64,000 bases of DNA, taken from positions 9,610,001 through 9,674,000 of the forward strand of contig OZ024755.1 of the NCBI GenBank assembly GCA_964016885.1, read 5' to 3'. Shown in pieces: positions 12,388 through 63,413 of the stretch (position 1 is its first letter; the number at the start of each line of letters is the position of its first letter). The notes below the pieces were generated by a model. That model was not told the DNA's origin. It worked only from the letters and a program-made list of their open reading frames with translations, and ran no database searches. The DNA is from Eledone cirrhosa. Its lineage: Eukaryota. The position numbers and the translations under genes are program-made.

Positions 12388-15300
12388 ATGGGTAAGTAGA
12401 TAGTTTCTTCTCTCCTTTTTATATCTGAGTAATCCTCCTAATTTATTTCAATTTATTTCCTGTACACTCGATATTGTCAAGTTTAAAATCTAAGAATGTA
12501 ATTTTTTTAAATATTTAATTCGTACTTATATTTATTAACATGATTTTTCGAAATCAAGCGTGAATAAGTCTTGTGTTCGGATATTGCATCTGATTTAATT
12601 TTAAATATTTCTGTGTATATATTTATCAAATATACAATGTTTAATATATATTCTGCATATGTATTTATTAAATGTATTAAATTTTGCTTGTATAGCAAAA
12701 GATCTTTTTTAATCCTACACACGTGTTTATAATCGTTTAGTCTTAGCCGATTGTTCATGTTACAGAAGGAAGTTTCTATTTCATTAAATCATTTTGGCGA
12801 TCAAACATATTACAGATTTAGATCGTTTAAAAATATTGATATGCTACTTAGAAATATTCGATATACTCCTGTAATGTAATGTTAGTGCAAAGATATATAT
12901 CTTAATGTATCATCAATGGCTGTTGACTAGATCAAATATATATATGACCTACCATGCATAGTCGTTCTTAGGTTCTGTAGATATATCTACACTTTACTGA
13001 CTGCTTCTGGATTTATTTCCTCGTGAAATTTTGCAGAGATATATTTTTCAATTATATAGATTATGATTATGTTGTGAAAAATGTATATAGTTGGGTTGAT
13101 CGATGTCTTTAATTAAGTTATGTAGTTCGATCACCATAATATTGAATATTAGTCGGTATGGACAAGGAAAAATTAAAATTACCATCGTTCTGTTGGAAAC
13201 ATTAATTTATATTATTTATGATTTGATAAGTCGCCAAAATATACAGAATGAGATGGCAAGACTTTAAATAACCCCTCTTTTAGGGACCGGTTTTTTCCGG
13301 CATTGTTTCCGTGGTCCCAAAGATGCCGGATTAAAAATTTTCGAACTTCAAACACCGGTCGAATGTTACCCACCTAATAATTATATTTTGAATTTCTACC
13401 ACGAGATCTAAATAGAAAATATGTCTAATTCCTAATTACCTTCTATAAAGTGGAATTTATTGGTCTCGTCCGGATGTTTGTTTTTTTTTGTTTTAATGAT
13501 ACAATCGCAATGTATTGTTTTACAACAGATAATGATCCTAAAGTAAGAATATAATTTTATTTGTCCATCTGAAATTCATGTATGGTATGGATACTGTTTC
13601 ATTTCCCATCCTGTACCGATAACATGCAGCATTTTCCAAGACTTCCACGTTCATTCTTCGGAATAGTCCCATCCGCCCTCTGAATTAATAATTACTAATT
13701 TATTCCAAATTAGAATTGGGGTTAACTCAATTTCTTGTAATTCAAAATGCGAATTAACTCTAATTTGGAATAAGTTATTCGATTATATTTTATTTACATT
13801 AGTTTGTTTCGGGGAAGAGGGTATTATGGAGAAACACTATTTCTACAGATCAAATGGAGAGAATTCATTTGTGGCTAGCCGGCGAATTCGTATAGTGTTC
13901 GTCAAAATCACAGATTTCTCTTCGGTCATCATCACGATAAACAGCAACATCTTGATATTTAATTTTTATTGATGTAATTAAATTCTCCTTGGTTCCTAAT
14001 AATCCGCTGGTAATCACCGACTGCTTTATTTATTATGTGAACTTGGATGGTGTAGTGTCCGGCATGGTTATCGGGAATTTTTTAAAATTCAGACCACATG
14101 GCCATAATTGTTTACCTGTTGTTGCAGAAGTGCCGGACCTTTTTCTTATCCACATGTGACGAATACGTATTGGTTTATCCCAATAACAGCTGTGATGTTT
14201 CACAATATTTCTAGAAAGTCTATCAAGAAATCGTTTAATAAAGTTGCCTGATCCTTCGGTTCCCTCAGAATTTATATATATTTAATGTTTTCACTTTTTT
14301 TTTCCAGGTATCAGCCGCGCAAATTGGCATAGACGAAAAGCGACTGGCGGTCGCAAGGTTCAAATCCGCAAGAAGCGGAATTATGAGCTTGGCAGACCTG
14401 CCGCAATGACCAAGGTAGGTGGAGGTTTTGTAGAATTAAAATTACCAGCTACTGTGTAGCCATGTGTTTAGAGTGATCGTAGGGTTGTATGCGTGATTCT
14501 TGGGCCAGGCAACGTTTTGTTTCACTTTGCTCCACTCAACTAGGTGGGAAATAAGTTGAAGTGACCTTTTAAAACCCGTAATGGACTGACTGTCCTAGTC
14601 GTTTCGTAAGATTGAAGCCCTCTATTTAAAAATAAGATACCTGAGGTGCAGCTAAGCATAAATAAGTGTGATCTGTAACAACCAAAACATTGTTAGTACA
14701 ACTGTTGTGATATATTTTCTAGTTGGGGTCCAGAAGAGTTCACACAGTGAGAACTAGAGGTGGCAACAAAAAATTCCGAGCTCTGAGGCTAGACACAGGC
14801 AACTTTGCTTGGGGATCAGAAAGTAAGTATAATGTTCAATATTTTTGTATTGTGGTTATTCTCAGTTATTTGGAAATCATTTGAAGTATTGTAATGAACG
14901 TTAGCAGTCTGTATTTCATGTTTTGATGGATCGGTGTGAATATAATTACAGGTCAACTTTATAGTGTATTAGTGGAAGAAATATAATTTTATGGTAGAAT
15001 TTGAAGTAATCTGCAGATGATGAAACATTTCACGATGGTCTTCATTAATGTTTGTTGCTGATGTTATCCAGACCTGATGCAGTGTTGCTTTGTAGGGACT
15101 AGAGACTTTGGGTGGGCGGGTGAAAGATGTTGCTTTGTATGGATTAGACTGGTTGGTAGTACTAATTTGATTAATCCTTTTGGATACCAAACCACCCTTG
15201 GTATGCAAAACTTTTATATTTACTGAAAAATCTCCCATTATAATTTTATGCAAGGGTCTTTATATTCCAAAGCCCCGAGTTTATAATTTGGAAATTATAT

Positions 15301-18300
15301 TATTCAATCCTTCCAAGTTCTTGATTAATCATTAGAAATGTGGTAACAAAAGGGTCAAAGTTAGCTGCCTGTATTTCATGGTATGACATGTTGGTCTGAA
15401 TACAATTACTATAATTTGAAAACCCATCCCACCAAGTCAATTTTATAGTGATAAAATGTTTATTAGTGGAAGGAATATTATTTTATGGTAGAATTTAAAA
15501 TAATCTGCAGATGATGAAACATTTCACGATGGTCTTCATTAAAGTTTGTTGCTGAAGTTATCCAGACCTGATGCAGTATTATTTTGTAGGGGCTAATAAA
15601 GACTGAGTGTGGAATGAAAGTGTTGCTTTGTAGGGACTAAAGACTGGGGTGGGGGTGAAAGATGAAGTGGTACTTTTGTAAAAATAAATGTGGTTGGCGG
15701 TACTGATTTGTTTTGGATTCCAAACTAGTTCTGGTACAAAACTTTGTTTTTATATTTACCTAAAAATCTTCCATCAATTAATTTTATGATCCAAACACCA
15801 ACTTAATGAAGTCATTTTATTACCAAATCCTTCCAAATTCTTGATTAGTCATTAGAAATATGGTAATGTATTAAAGCTAGCTGCCTGTATTTCATGTTAG
15901 GATGTGTTGGTGTAAATGATATTGCTCCAGTTTGAAAACCTAACCCACCAGGCCAACTATGTAATAGGTATTAGTGGAGTGGAAGGAATATGATTTTATT
16001 TATGGTAGAATTTGAAGTGATCTGCAGATGATGAAACATTTCACGATGGTCTTCATTAATGTTTGTTGCTGAAGTTATCCAGAACTGATGCAGTATTGCT
16101 TTGTTGGTACTAGAGACTTTGGGTGGGCGAAAGATGTTATCCAGACCTGATGAAGTATTGTTTTATTTGTACTGATGACAAGGTGGAGTGAAATACCTCA
16201 TCTAGACTTGATACAGTATTGATTTTAGAAATACATTAAAATCTAACTCTTTTTTTTACCATATTTCTAATGAAATACAAACTAGTTTTTAGGTATTTAT
16301 TAAATTATTTCATAACTAACAAATTGTTTCTTATATAAAATTGTAGGATTTTAATTGAAATAGTTGCTTTAAAATGGTTAGTTTTGGATAAGATATTAAC
16401 ATATTGGATGCTAGTGACTCGGGGCTTGATAGTTTGTCTTATGTGGTAAGTGTAATGTTCTGAAAACGAGATTGTAATGTGGTTGGTGTATTATTATACA
16501 GTAGTTCCAAGTAATCTGCAAATGATGAAACATTTCACGATGGTCTTCATTAATGTTTGTTGCTGAAGTTATCCAGACCTGATGCAGTATTATTTTGTAG
16601 GGGCTAATAAAGACTGAGTGTGGAGTGAAAGATGTTACCTATGATTAAGTATTTTTTTTATATTGACTAAAGACTATGTTCAGCTAGTAATGTTTCCCCA
16701 AAGACCCTTCCGATGAACTCCATTTCAATCGCTTATATTTGCAATGGTTTTATTTCTGTCCACTTATATCCCTTCTCATTACTGAATCTGGCACCAGCTC
16801 CTAAAATTCTTGCATTTGATTTAGCCTCCAGTTGTCATTTATAATGACTGGGGGCAACTAGATATAATTTTGTGTTATTAAGCTCAACAAATCAGTAAGT
16901 TATTCTGCAGAGTTTATCAGATTTGTGATATTGGTATAATGTTCTGTTCCTGTATGAAAGTGTTGCAGAATTCTTTTGATCACAAATTGAATTTAACTTT
17001 TAGATGTTCGGTACATGAAATTACATTAGCAAAGCTTTCTTGAAGTACAAAGCAGCACAATGAGTGCCAGTCTTTACACTAATACAAATTTTCAAACCAT
17101 TTTTTGTTTTTTAACATTTTCTGCTAAATCATTACTGTTAAAGAGATCTGCACATGATGAAACATTTCACGATGGTCTTCATTAACCCTTTATTGCTGAA
17201 ATTATCTAGAACTGATGCAGTTTATCTCTTCAAAACCTGTCATTCAAGTGATTATAGTATCTTTAGATAGTGAAAGATTGCAATATTTAGAGTAAAGATT
17301 TTTAATGAGATGCAATTACAGTGCTATTTTATAATTTTTAAAAGGTTTTATATATATGGTACAGGACATTTAAAGTTATCAATTCTGATTTATCTTTAAA
17401 AATTATATTCTCAGCAATATTTGTTAGATTTTGGAGTTGGTATATTTATGTGTTTTTGTTCATTTAATTAGTTTCCATCTGTTGACAACTGATTTTAAAA
17501 AATGGTCTTTAATTTGTAGGTATCACCCGCAAAAGCAGAATTATTGATGTTGTATACAATGCTAGCAATAATGAGTTGGTGAGAATGAAGACATTGGTAA
17601 AAAGTTGCATTGTAACCATTGATGGCACACCTTTCCGACAGTGGTATGAGGCTCATTATGCTCTGCCACTTGGTAGGAAGAAGGGCGTGAAATTGGTAAA
17701 TATACTTTGATTTTGGTATTTGTGTTGACCCTTTTAATACTAAGCTGCTTGGAACCACTCTTGGTTCCATGGTACAATGCCATGTTTATTTCCATAATTC
17801 ATTGAATGTAGACTTATACAAGGAGCAAAATTTATATTACTAATTCCCACTAAATTCTTTAATATTTTCGAAATTATTTATAAGTATCATTAAGAGTATG
17901 GTAACAAAAAGATTTAACCCAATGATACCAGAATATTGTCTGGATCATGTTTAATGTACTGTTATATATTAGGGGCTGAATTGTTGGAGAGATTTTGTGA
18001 TGAATACAACGTCATCTTTCGCCTGAAGCAGAATGTTGCACAATATTTTAAATTCTGATAAATCTCTTCCAATTAATGTTTGTGATTAAGGTAAATAATA
18101 GTTATTGGTTTATTAAATTTGTTGTTCTTTAATGATAATAGGTAGATGTTTGATACAAAGTCACTTAACTGGTTGTCTGTTTTTTTTTTTTGCTTTGTAA
18201 TACATTGTGTACCTACTGTAAACCAGACACAGCAATCTATTTTATAATTGTTCTGAAATTTGTTTTCCATTAACGTTTATAATGTCTCTAATATATATAG

Positions 18301-21300
18301 ATATTATCGAAAATGCCAAGTGTTTATCATCAAATATTACTAATTCAGTTCATAAAGCAGTGTTGTAAATATTTAGTCATTATTTAGAAACTGGTAGGGA
18401 TTACATGGTTGCCTCTTTCATTGGCTGTGGATTTATACGAGCACAATTTATATTACTAATTCCCATCAAATTTAGTTTTGAAGAGAGATGTGATGTGCAT
18501 TTATGTATTAGGGGGCCGACTTGTTGGTGATATATTAGTTTTTGGGGGAAATTGTGATGTACAGTTATATATTAAGGGACTGAAATGTTCGTAATATATT
18601 AATTTTGGAGGGAGATTTTGTGATGAAAATTACGCCATCTTTCGCCTGAAGCAGAATGTTGCACAATTTCTAAAATTCTGATAAATCTCTTCCAAATATT
18701 TGTAACTGTCTTACCTATTTTTTAAGATAAATAATAGTTATTAGTTTATTAAATTTGATAGATGTTTATATAATATAATAGTCACATCACTGGCTACTGG
18801 TTGTCATACTTAATGTTAAAATAGATTTGAGTTTTGGGCAAAAGTCAAATTTATAAAAGGAGTTTACTTCCTGTTCAGTCCCACTCTGGCATATTTGGCA
18901 AGTATCTTCTGCTATTTGGGTTGAGCAAAACCATGTATGTAAGTAGGATTTTATTAGATGGAAACTGGCTGCATGTTATGTCTGCGGTGTATATGATCAG
19001 TTGGCTGTCTACAAAGCAGTGCTCCGGCATAGTCACTGTTTAATGAGTGAAACCAGTAAAAGTATATTACTAAAGAGTACTTGTGTGTTTGTGATCAACA
19101 GAGTTGTTTCCATTCAATGCAAATCTAGTTTATTTTACCAAAAGCAGAATGATGAAGATATATGAGCTGTAGTGCTAAATGTTTAGCTACCATGTCAGTA
19201 TGTCATAGTTACCCTGACTGCATTTGGTATAATTTCTCTCCCTTCTCCAGTTTCTCTGTTTGCCTAGGGAGGCAGACAATCACATGGTTTATACACATCA
19301 CCTGATCCTTTGTGGTGAGAGAAAGGGTTTTACTGCCTTATACCCTTTAATATACATGAGTATGAAGTACATATTGTAAAATACACACAGTAATCTATAT
19401 TATAGTAATTGTTCTAAAATCTTTTGTCAACATTTATATCACTTTATATCTATCTCAATGTATTATGTATAATCCATAATTTCAAGTGTTTATGTCTGTG
19501 TTACTCTCCTTGTATAAATACTTTTTGATTTGTAAATAAGTGTCTTTCATTAAGAGTATGGTAACAAAAAAATTTATCTTAGCAAGACCTGAATATTAAT
19601 GTCCTGATCGTGTTTTGTGTGCAGATATACATTAGAGGAGTTGAATTGTTGGTAATATATTAGTTTTGGAGAGAGATTTTGTGATGAATATAACGTCATC
19701 TTTCGCCTGAAGCAGAATGTTGTACAATATTTAAAGTTCTGATAAATCTCTTCCAATTAATGTTTGTGATTGTCTTACCTATTCTATAAGGTAAATAATA
19801 GTTATTAGTTTATTAAATTTGATAATTGTTCTTTAGCCCTTACATTACTCTATATATACTATTATATTTTCATGGTAAAGGCTTTACCTCGCATAATATC
19901 GAATGAGATTTTGAAAGTATTTATTTTGAGAACAATACCTTAACATCAGTTTGAGCAACCGGTTATGGCTAGTTTGAACATTAAAGGGTTAATAAATATT
20001 TGGTAGATGTTGGTGTGATATAATAGTCACTTTATTGGCTACTGGTTGTCAGTTTTTCCATGGTTAATGTTGAAATGGACTTTCTACTTGTGAGTACGTC
20101 AATTTTCTATGAGGAGTTCACTTCAGGTTTAAATGGTTATCTCAACAAATCTGGGATTTCTTTTGTCAAAATGATTTTGTAAATGTCTTGCAATAGAAAT
20201 ATGGTAATAAAAGAGTTAACTCAATATGACCAGAGTATTGGCGTGCAGTTAAAAACTGGGCTGAATTATTGGTAAATATTATATTGTGGAGAGATTTTTG
20301 TGATGAATATTATGCCATCTTTCGTCTGAAACAGAAATGTTGCACAATCTTGTAAAATCTGATAAATCTCTTCCATATAATAGTTATTGGTTTATTAAAT
20401 TTGGTAGATGTTTATGTGATATAAAAAAATCATTTGGCTATGATGTGGTGACTGATTTTTTGCTGTAATTTTTACCCTAAGGAAGCCTTTGGTGTTGATT
20501 TGAATTTTAACATGTTAGTTTTCTGTTTAGGCCCTGTAGATTTTTGTTTTCTCATAGTCACAGGTTGTCAAAAATGCTGATTGGGTGAATCAATAGTCTT
20601 CAGATATTTTAATTTTCCATTTCTTTATGTATTTATATTTACCAAAGGGCAGGATGATGATTATAAATACTGTAGTGGCTAAATTATTTTAGCTATGGTG
20701 ACAGTATGTCATAGTTACACTGACTGCATTTGGTATTTTACTGTTAATCTCCAACAATCTCAATTTTGCAATTGCTGGAATATTGAATAGTGAGTAACAT
20801 GTATTTGTTAAAACCTTTGCAGACTGAACAAGAAGAATCTGTTCTCAATAAAGTGCGTTCACGAAAGAATCAAAGAAAATACACATTACGGCGAAAGACA
20901 GCCAAGGTTGAGCCAGCTCTGCAGGAGGAATTTATGACTGGTCGCTTATTAGGTGAGTACTTCAGAATTCTTAGTGACTTTACAAAGTGGATGAGTTTTA
21001 TTCCAGCACCAGATGGTTGTTACACCAGACAGAAAAGTCCCTTTAGATTAAATTACCAAACGCTAACCCCTGGTCTCAGATCTACTTTTGAGTGGTGGAT
21101 GGTCATCATGGTTATTGTAGAGTTCAGTTTTTCATCTTGTACCACTTTTGGTAAGATAAGCCCTTGGCATCTTTATATGGAGGATGTTGTATAAAAAATT
21201 TAATTCATATGTTTATAGTGGAGAGATAGTGAAAGTATTCAATAATCTAACGTAAAACCTATAATTTGTAATGTGATGCAGTCAGTGGTTTTAAGAGATA

Positions 21301-21654
21301 TCTTGCTAATTAATTAATTAAGTCTGTAACAATTGTGTGAACTTTCACTAGATATTTATGTCATTGTTGGCTATTTTGATACCAAACATCCTCCTGGATC
21401 ATGGGATTTCCGTTTTCCCACACCTGCAATAGTTTATATTTTAAAAATCTATAAAAGTGTGCCTTAACCCAAATTAATGAGAAATTCCATTCTATTACTA
21501 ATCTATATTTTGTTAGTTAATTATATTTTTTACTTTCATTACAGCAAAAATCACATCCCGACCTGGTCAGTATGGTAAATCTGATGGTATTGTACTTGAA
21601 GGAAAGGAACTTGAATTTTATATGAGAAAAATCAAGGCAAAGAAAGGGAAATAG
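12388..21654 (+). CDS. RPS8: 40S ribosomal protein S8 (eS8), complete; exons 12388-12391, 14308-14414, 14723-14822, 17520-17695, 20823-20952, 21545-21654
   Basis: 627 nt encode 208 aa: [16 protein letters not shown]...[13 protein letters not shown]...[13 protein letters not shown]...[29 protein letters not shown]...[32 protein letters not shown]. All introns are GT-AG. AATAAA is at 21782. Confidence 0.98.
14045..14157 (+). ncRNA. Candidate box H/ACA snoRNA 3' hairpin in RPS8 intron 1
   Basis: Lower stem ggatgg/ttatcc, pocket tgtagt + ctttttc, upper stem gtccggcat/gtgccggac, ACA at 14152. The pocket fits 28S GAAAAG-UU-ACCACA with one mismatch. The 5' hairpin and H box were not securely found. 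Confidence 0.45.
15011..15082 (+). ncRNA. SNORD35: Box C/D snoRNA, SNORD35/snR73-like, copy 1
   Basis: ctgca stem, C box ATGATGA, guide TTTCACGATGGTCT complementary to 28S AGACCGUCGUGAGA, D box CTGA, closing tgcag. Confidence 0.88.
15505..15576 (+). ncRNA. SNORD35: SNORD35-like snoRNA, copy 2
   Basis: Same boxes, guide and terminal stem as copy 1. Confidence 0.88.
16022..16093 (+). ncRNA. SNORD35: SNORD35-like snoRNA, copy 3
   Basis: Same boxes, guide and terminal stem as copy 1. Confidence 0.88.
16516..16587 (+). ncRNA. SNORD35: SNORD35-like snoRNA, copy 4
   Basis: Same boxes, guide and terminal stem as copy 1. Confidence 0.88.
17148..17220 (+). ncRNA. SNORD35: SNORD35-like snoRNA, copy 5 (most diverged; extended stem aagagat/atctctt)
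   Basis: The guide and C/D boxes are identical to the other copies despite unrelated flanks. Confidence 0.88.
17987..18070 (+). ncRNA. Box C/D snoRNA, SNORD32/SNORD51/snR39-like, copy 1
   Basis: gagattt/aaatctc stem, C box GTGATGA, guide CGTCATCTTTCG + D' CTGA complementary to 28S CGAAAGAUGGUG, D box CTGA. Confidence 0.85.
18607..18693 (+). ncRNA. SNORD32/51-like snoRNA, copy 2
   Basis: GTGATGA..CGCCATCTTTCG-c-CTGA..CTGA, with terminal stem. Confidence 0.85.
19137..19228 (+). ncRNA. SNORD46: Box C/D snoRNA, SNORD46/snR63-like, copy 1
   Basis: C box ATGATGA, guide GTCATAGTTAC-c-CTGA complementary to 28S GUAACUAUGAC, stem accaaa-gcag/ctgc-tttggt. Confidence 0.88.
19668..19754 (+). ncRNA. SNORD32/51-like snoRNA, copy 3
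   Basis: Same boxes, guide and terminal stem as copy 1. Confidence 0.85.
20288..20374 (+). ncRNA. SNORD32/51-like snoRNA, copy 4
   Basis: GTGATGA..TGCCATCTTTCG-t-CTGA..CTGA, with terminal stem. Confidence 0.85.
20641..20734 (+). ncRNA. SNORD46: SNORD46-like snoRNA, copy 2
   Basis: ATGATGA..GTCATAGTTACACTGA with terminal stem, about 90-100 nt upstream of the 3' splice site. Confidence 0.9.
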
Positions 21655-24106
21655 TAGTAATGCGTGGAGTGTATTGTCCATATCTTTATGGCTTAAGGAG
21701 TATTCCTGGCATCTTTGTAATGAAAGTAACCATCTTCTATATTGGAATGTCTGTCAAAGATGTGCTTTCAAGAATTGGGCAAATAAAGTACTATTGTTAA
21801 ATGGATATGATTTTGTTCTGTTTGTTTTTGGTCATCTTGTAAAGAATACTGAGTATTACAACCTTCCGGTAAAGTTTCAGTATTAACTTAGTAATAATAT
21901 TATCGTTACTGTAGGTGCACTGAATGCGTAGTCTCTGGTATGTATTTTAAGTTTGTACTAAGCAGGACTTTTATATAGATATAGAGAGAGAGCAAGTGCT
22001 ATTTAATTATAGGTTGTATATATATAAAGAGGTCCAGACTCTTCCTATATGTGTATATCATCATCATCAATTAATGTCCGTTGCCCATGCTAATTTATCT
22101 ATATATGGGGTCTCTCATCTCTTCCTATGTATAGATAGATATATGTGGGGTAGAGCATTGGCCCTGCAATCGAAAGGTGAGTTCAATTCTCAGTCCGGGT
22201 GATGTGTTGTTTCCTTGAGCAAGACACTTTATTTCAGTTTGCTCAGCTGTAGAAAGGAACTGACTGGGGTCCCTATCGTATAGGTGCCACGGAAAAAAAG
22301 AAGCACCCTGAGGTTGGTGTTAGGAAGGGCATCCAGCCAGAATCAGTTCCCGTCCCACCCTACGTAAAGTGATGATATGGATGTTTTTGAAAAAGGTTCT
22401 TACATAAAATAATGATGGAAGTTGCTAAATATAAACAGTTTTGAATGTTAGAGCCAAGGGTGGTTGTATTTACACGGGGTGGGACCTGATCAAATACATC
22501 CAGTATACTGTGTAAAATGGTAGTACTGGCACTATCCATTACACTGTCTATTGATAGTACTGGTACAGTTATAAATTACATTCTTGCTGGAAGAGCATCT
22601 AACCATAGAAACTGCCAAATACAGAACATAGCGTTTTTTACTGATATCCTGTAGACAGACATTGAAGAATGTCAATTTTGCAATATAGAGCCAGGAGGAG
22701 AACAATTAACAAAGAGAATACTGTAACCCTTTAGCATTTACATTACTCTATATTTACTATTGTATTTTCATGGTAAAGGCTTTATCTCACATAATATCAA
22801 ATCTATGAGATTTTGAGAAGAAAACCTTAACATAAGTGGCCAGAGAATTCTGGCCGGTTTAAATGCTAAAGGGTTAAACCAATAAAGCAACACAAATGAA
22901 TTAAAAGAAAACTGCAGGAGCATGTCATGGTAATTACATAAAAGCTTTACTGGTAACATCAGTTTTGTCAGTACAATAAATTCTGATTACTTATACATTT
23001 TGTGCCAAATCAATTGTGTTCATAGGTTTGTGTATATTCATATTGTATATATAAATATACATACATACAACCATATGTGTGAAACACACTAGTTTTCAGT
23101 GACACTCATTCCCTATGTTTTTGAAAGTCTTAAAATAGCAATTAACATTCCCCTAAATCTAACCAAGAAATCAGAATTGATGTGGCATACATACATATTG
23201 CATATGCATGTGATCAGTATACATGTAGCATACATACATGTTATTTATTACATATGATCAGTATATATGTGACATACATGTTGCATATTCATGTGATGCA
23301 CCATACACACTTTGCATATTCGTAAGATCAGTATATATGTGACATACATGAGATGAACTACAGATATTTCATATACATGTAATGCACCATACACTACACA
23401 CATTTCATATTCATGTGATGCAAGTATTCAATATATATATGGCAGTCAATTTGCAATATTTTACAAGGTGCAAAAATAAAATTAAAACAATGAAAGAAAA
23501 TATTTCAATATGATAATAATAATAATTTAAATATTTCATACAAAGGAACAGCTATAGAAATAATTAGAATTCTAATAAAAATACTAAAATATCAGTAATC
23601 TCGCTCATTTCACAATTAACGATTACATCTTTAATTCCACATCCCTCCTCATCTTCACAATGATACATCATACACTCATTTTCTATAATGTATTTCTTTT
23701 TTTCTTCTTTTTATAACTTTTCTGTAATTTTAATGAATATTTTCTTCATTTAGTGAGGTTGTTCAATTTTGTTTCTTTACACTTTGAAAAGCCCCACTAG
23801 AATAGCTTGGCCAGTTATATATTTATTGGTACCAGTCCCTGTTTGGTGTAAGGTATGACTTATGCTGCTACTTTCATTCAGGTCACACATTCACATACAA
23901 GGATACACACACGCACACTTGTGTTAACTTGCAAAACCTTGGTGAGATCAGTTGCACAAACACTAGATGGTCATTCACTCGATGCTGGGATGAAAAGTTA
24001 AAAACAAATATATGTTTATATGAAAAATATCTGTGAGCATCTGTAATGACTTATTTTTTCAACTGGCTTCACTTCATTTTCTTCCATTTTTATCTTACAT
24101 TCACCT

Positions 24107-63413
<39,307 letters not shown>

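Noticed and set aside
13260-13860. Telomerase RNA hypothesis for the structured intron 1 region
   Set aside because: No CTAACCCTAA-type template was found.
14190-14255. GTGATGT...CTGA possible C/D snoRNA near the end of RPS8 intron 1
   Set aside because: No terminal stem and no recognisable rRNA guide, so support is insufficient.
19232-19360. Small hairpins ending near ACA after the first SNORD46-like copy
   Set aside because: No convincing pocket or H-box geometry, and not retained in the duplicated block.
15011-20374. CRISPR-like repeat/spacer appearance of the intronic arrays
   Set aside because: Eukaryotic intron, 70-90-nt repeats with C/D boxes and rRNA guides, mutually homologous spacers, and no cas genes.
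20790-21194. 134-aa ORF as a separate gene
   Set aside because: It is RPS8 exon 5 read through into the flanking introns.
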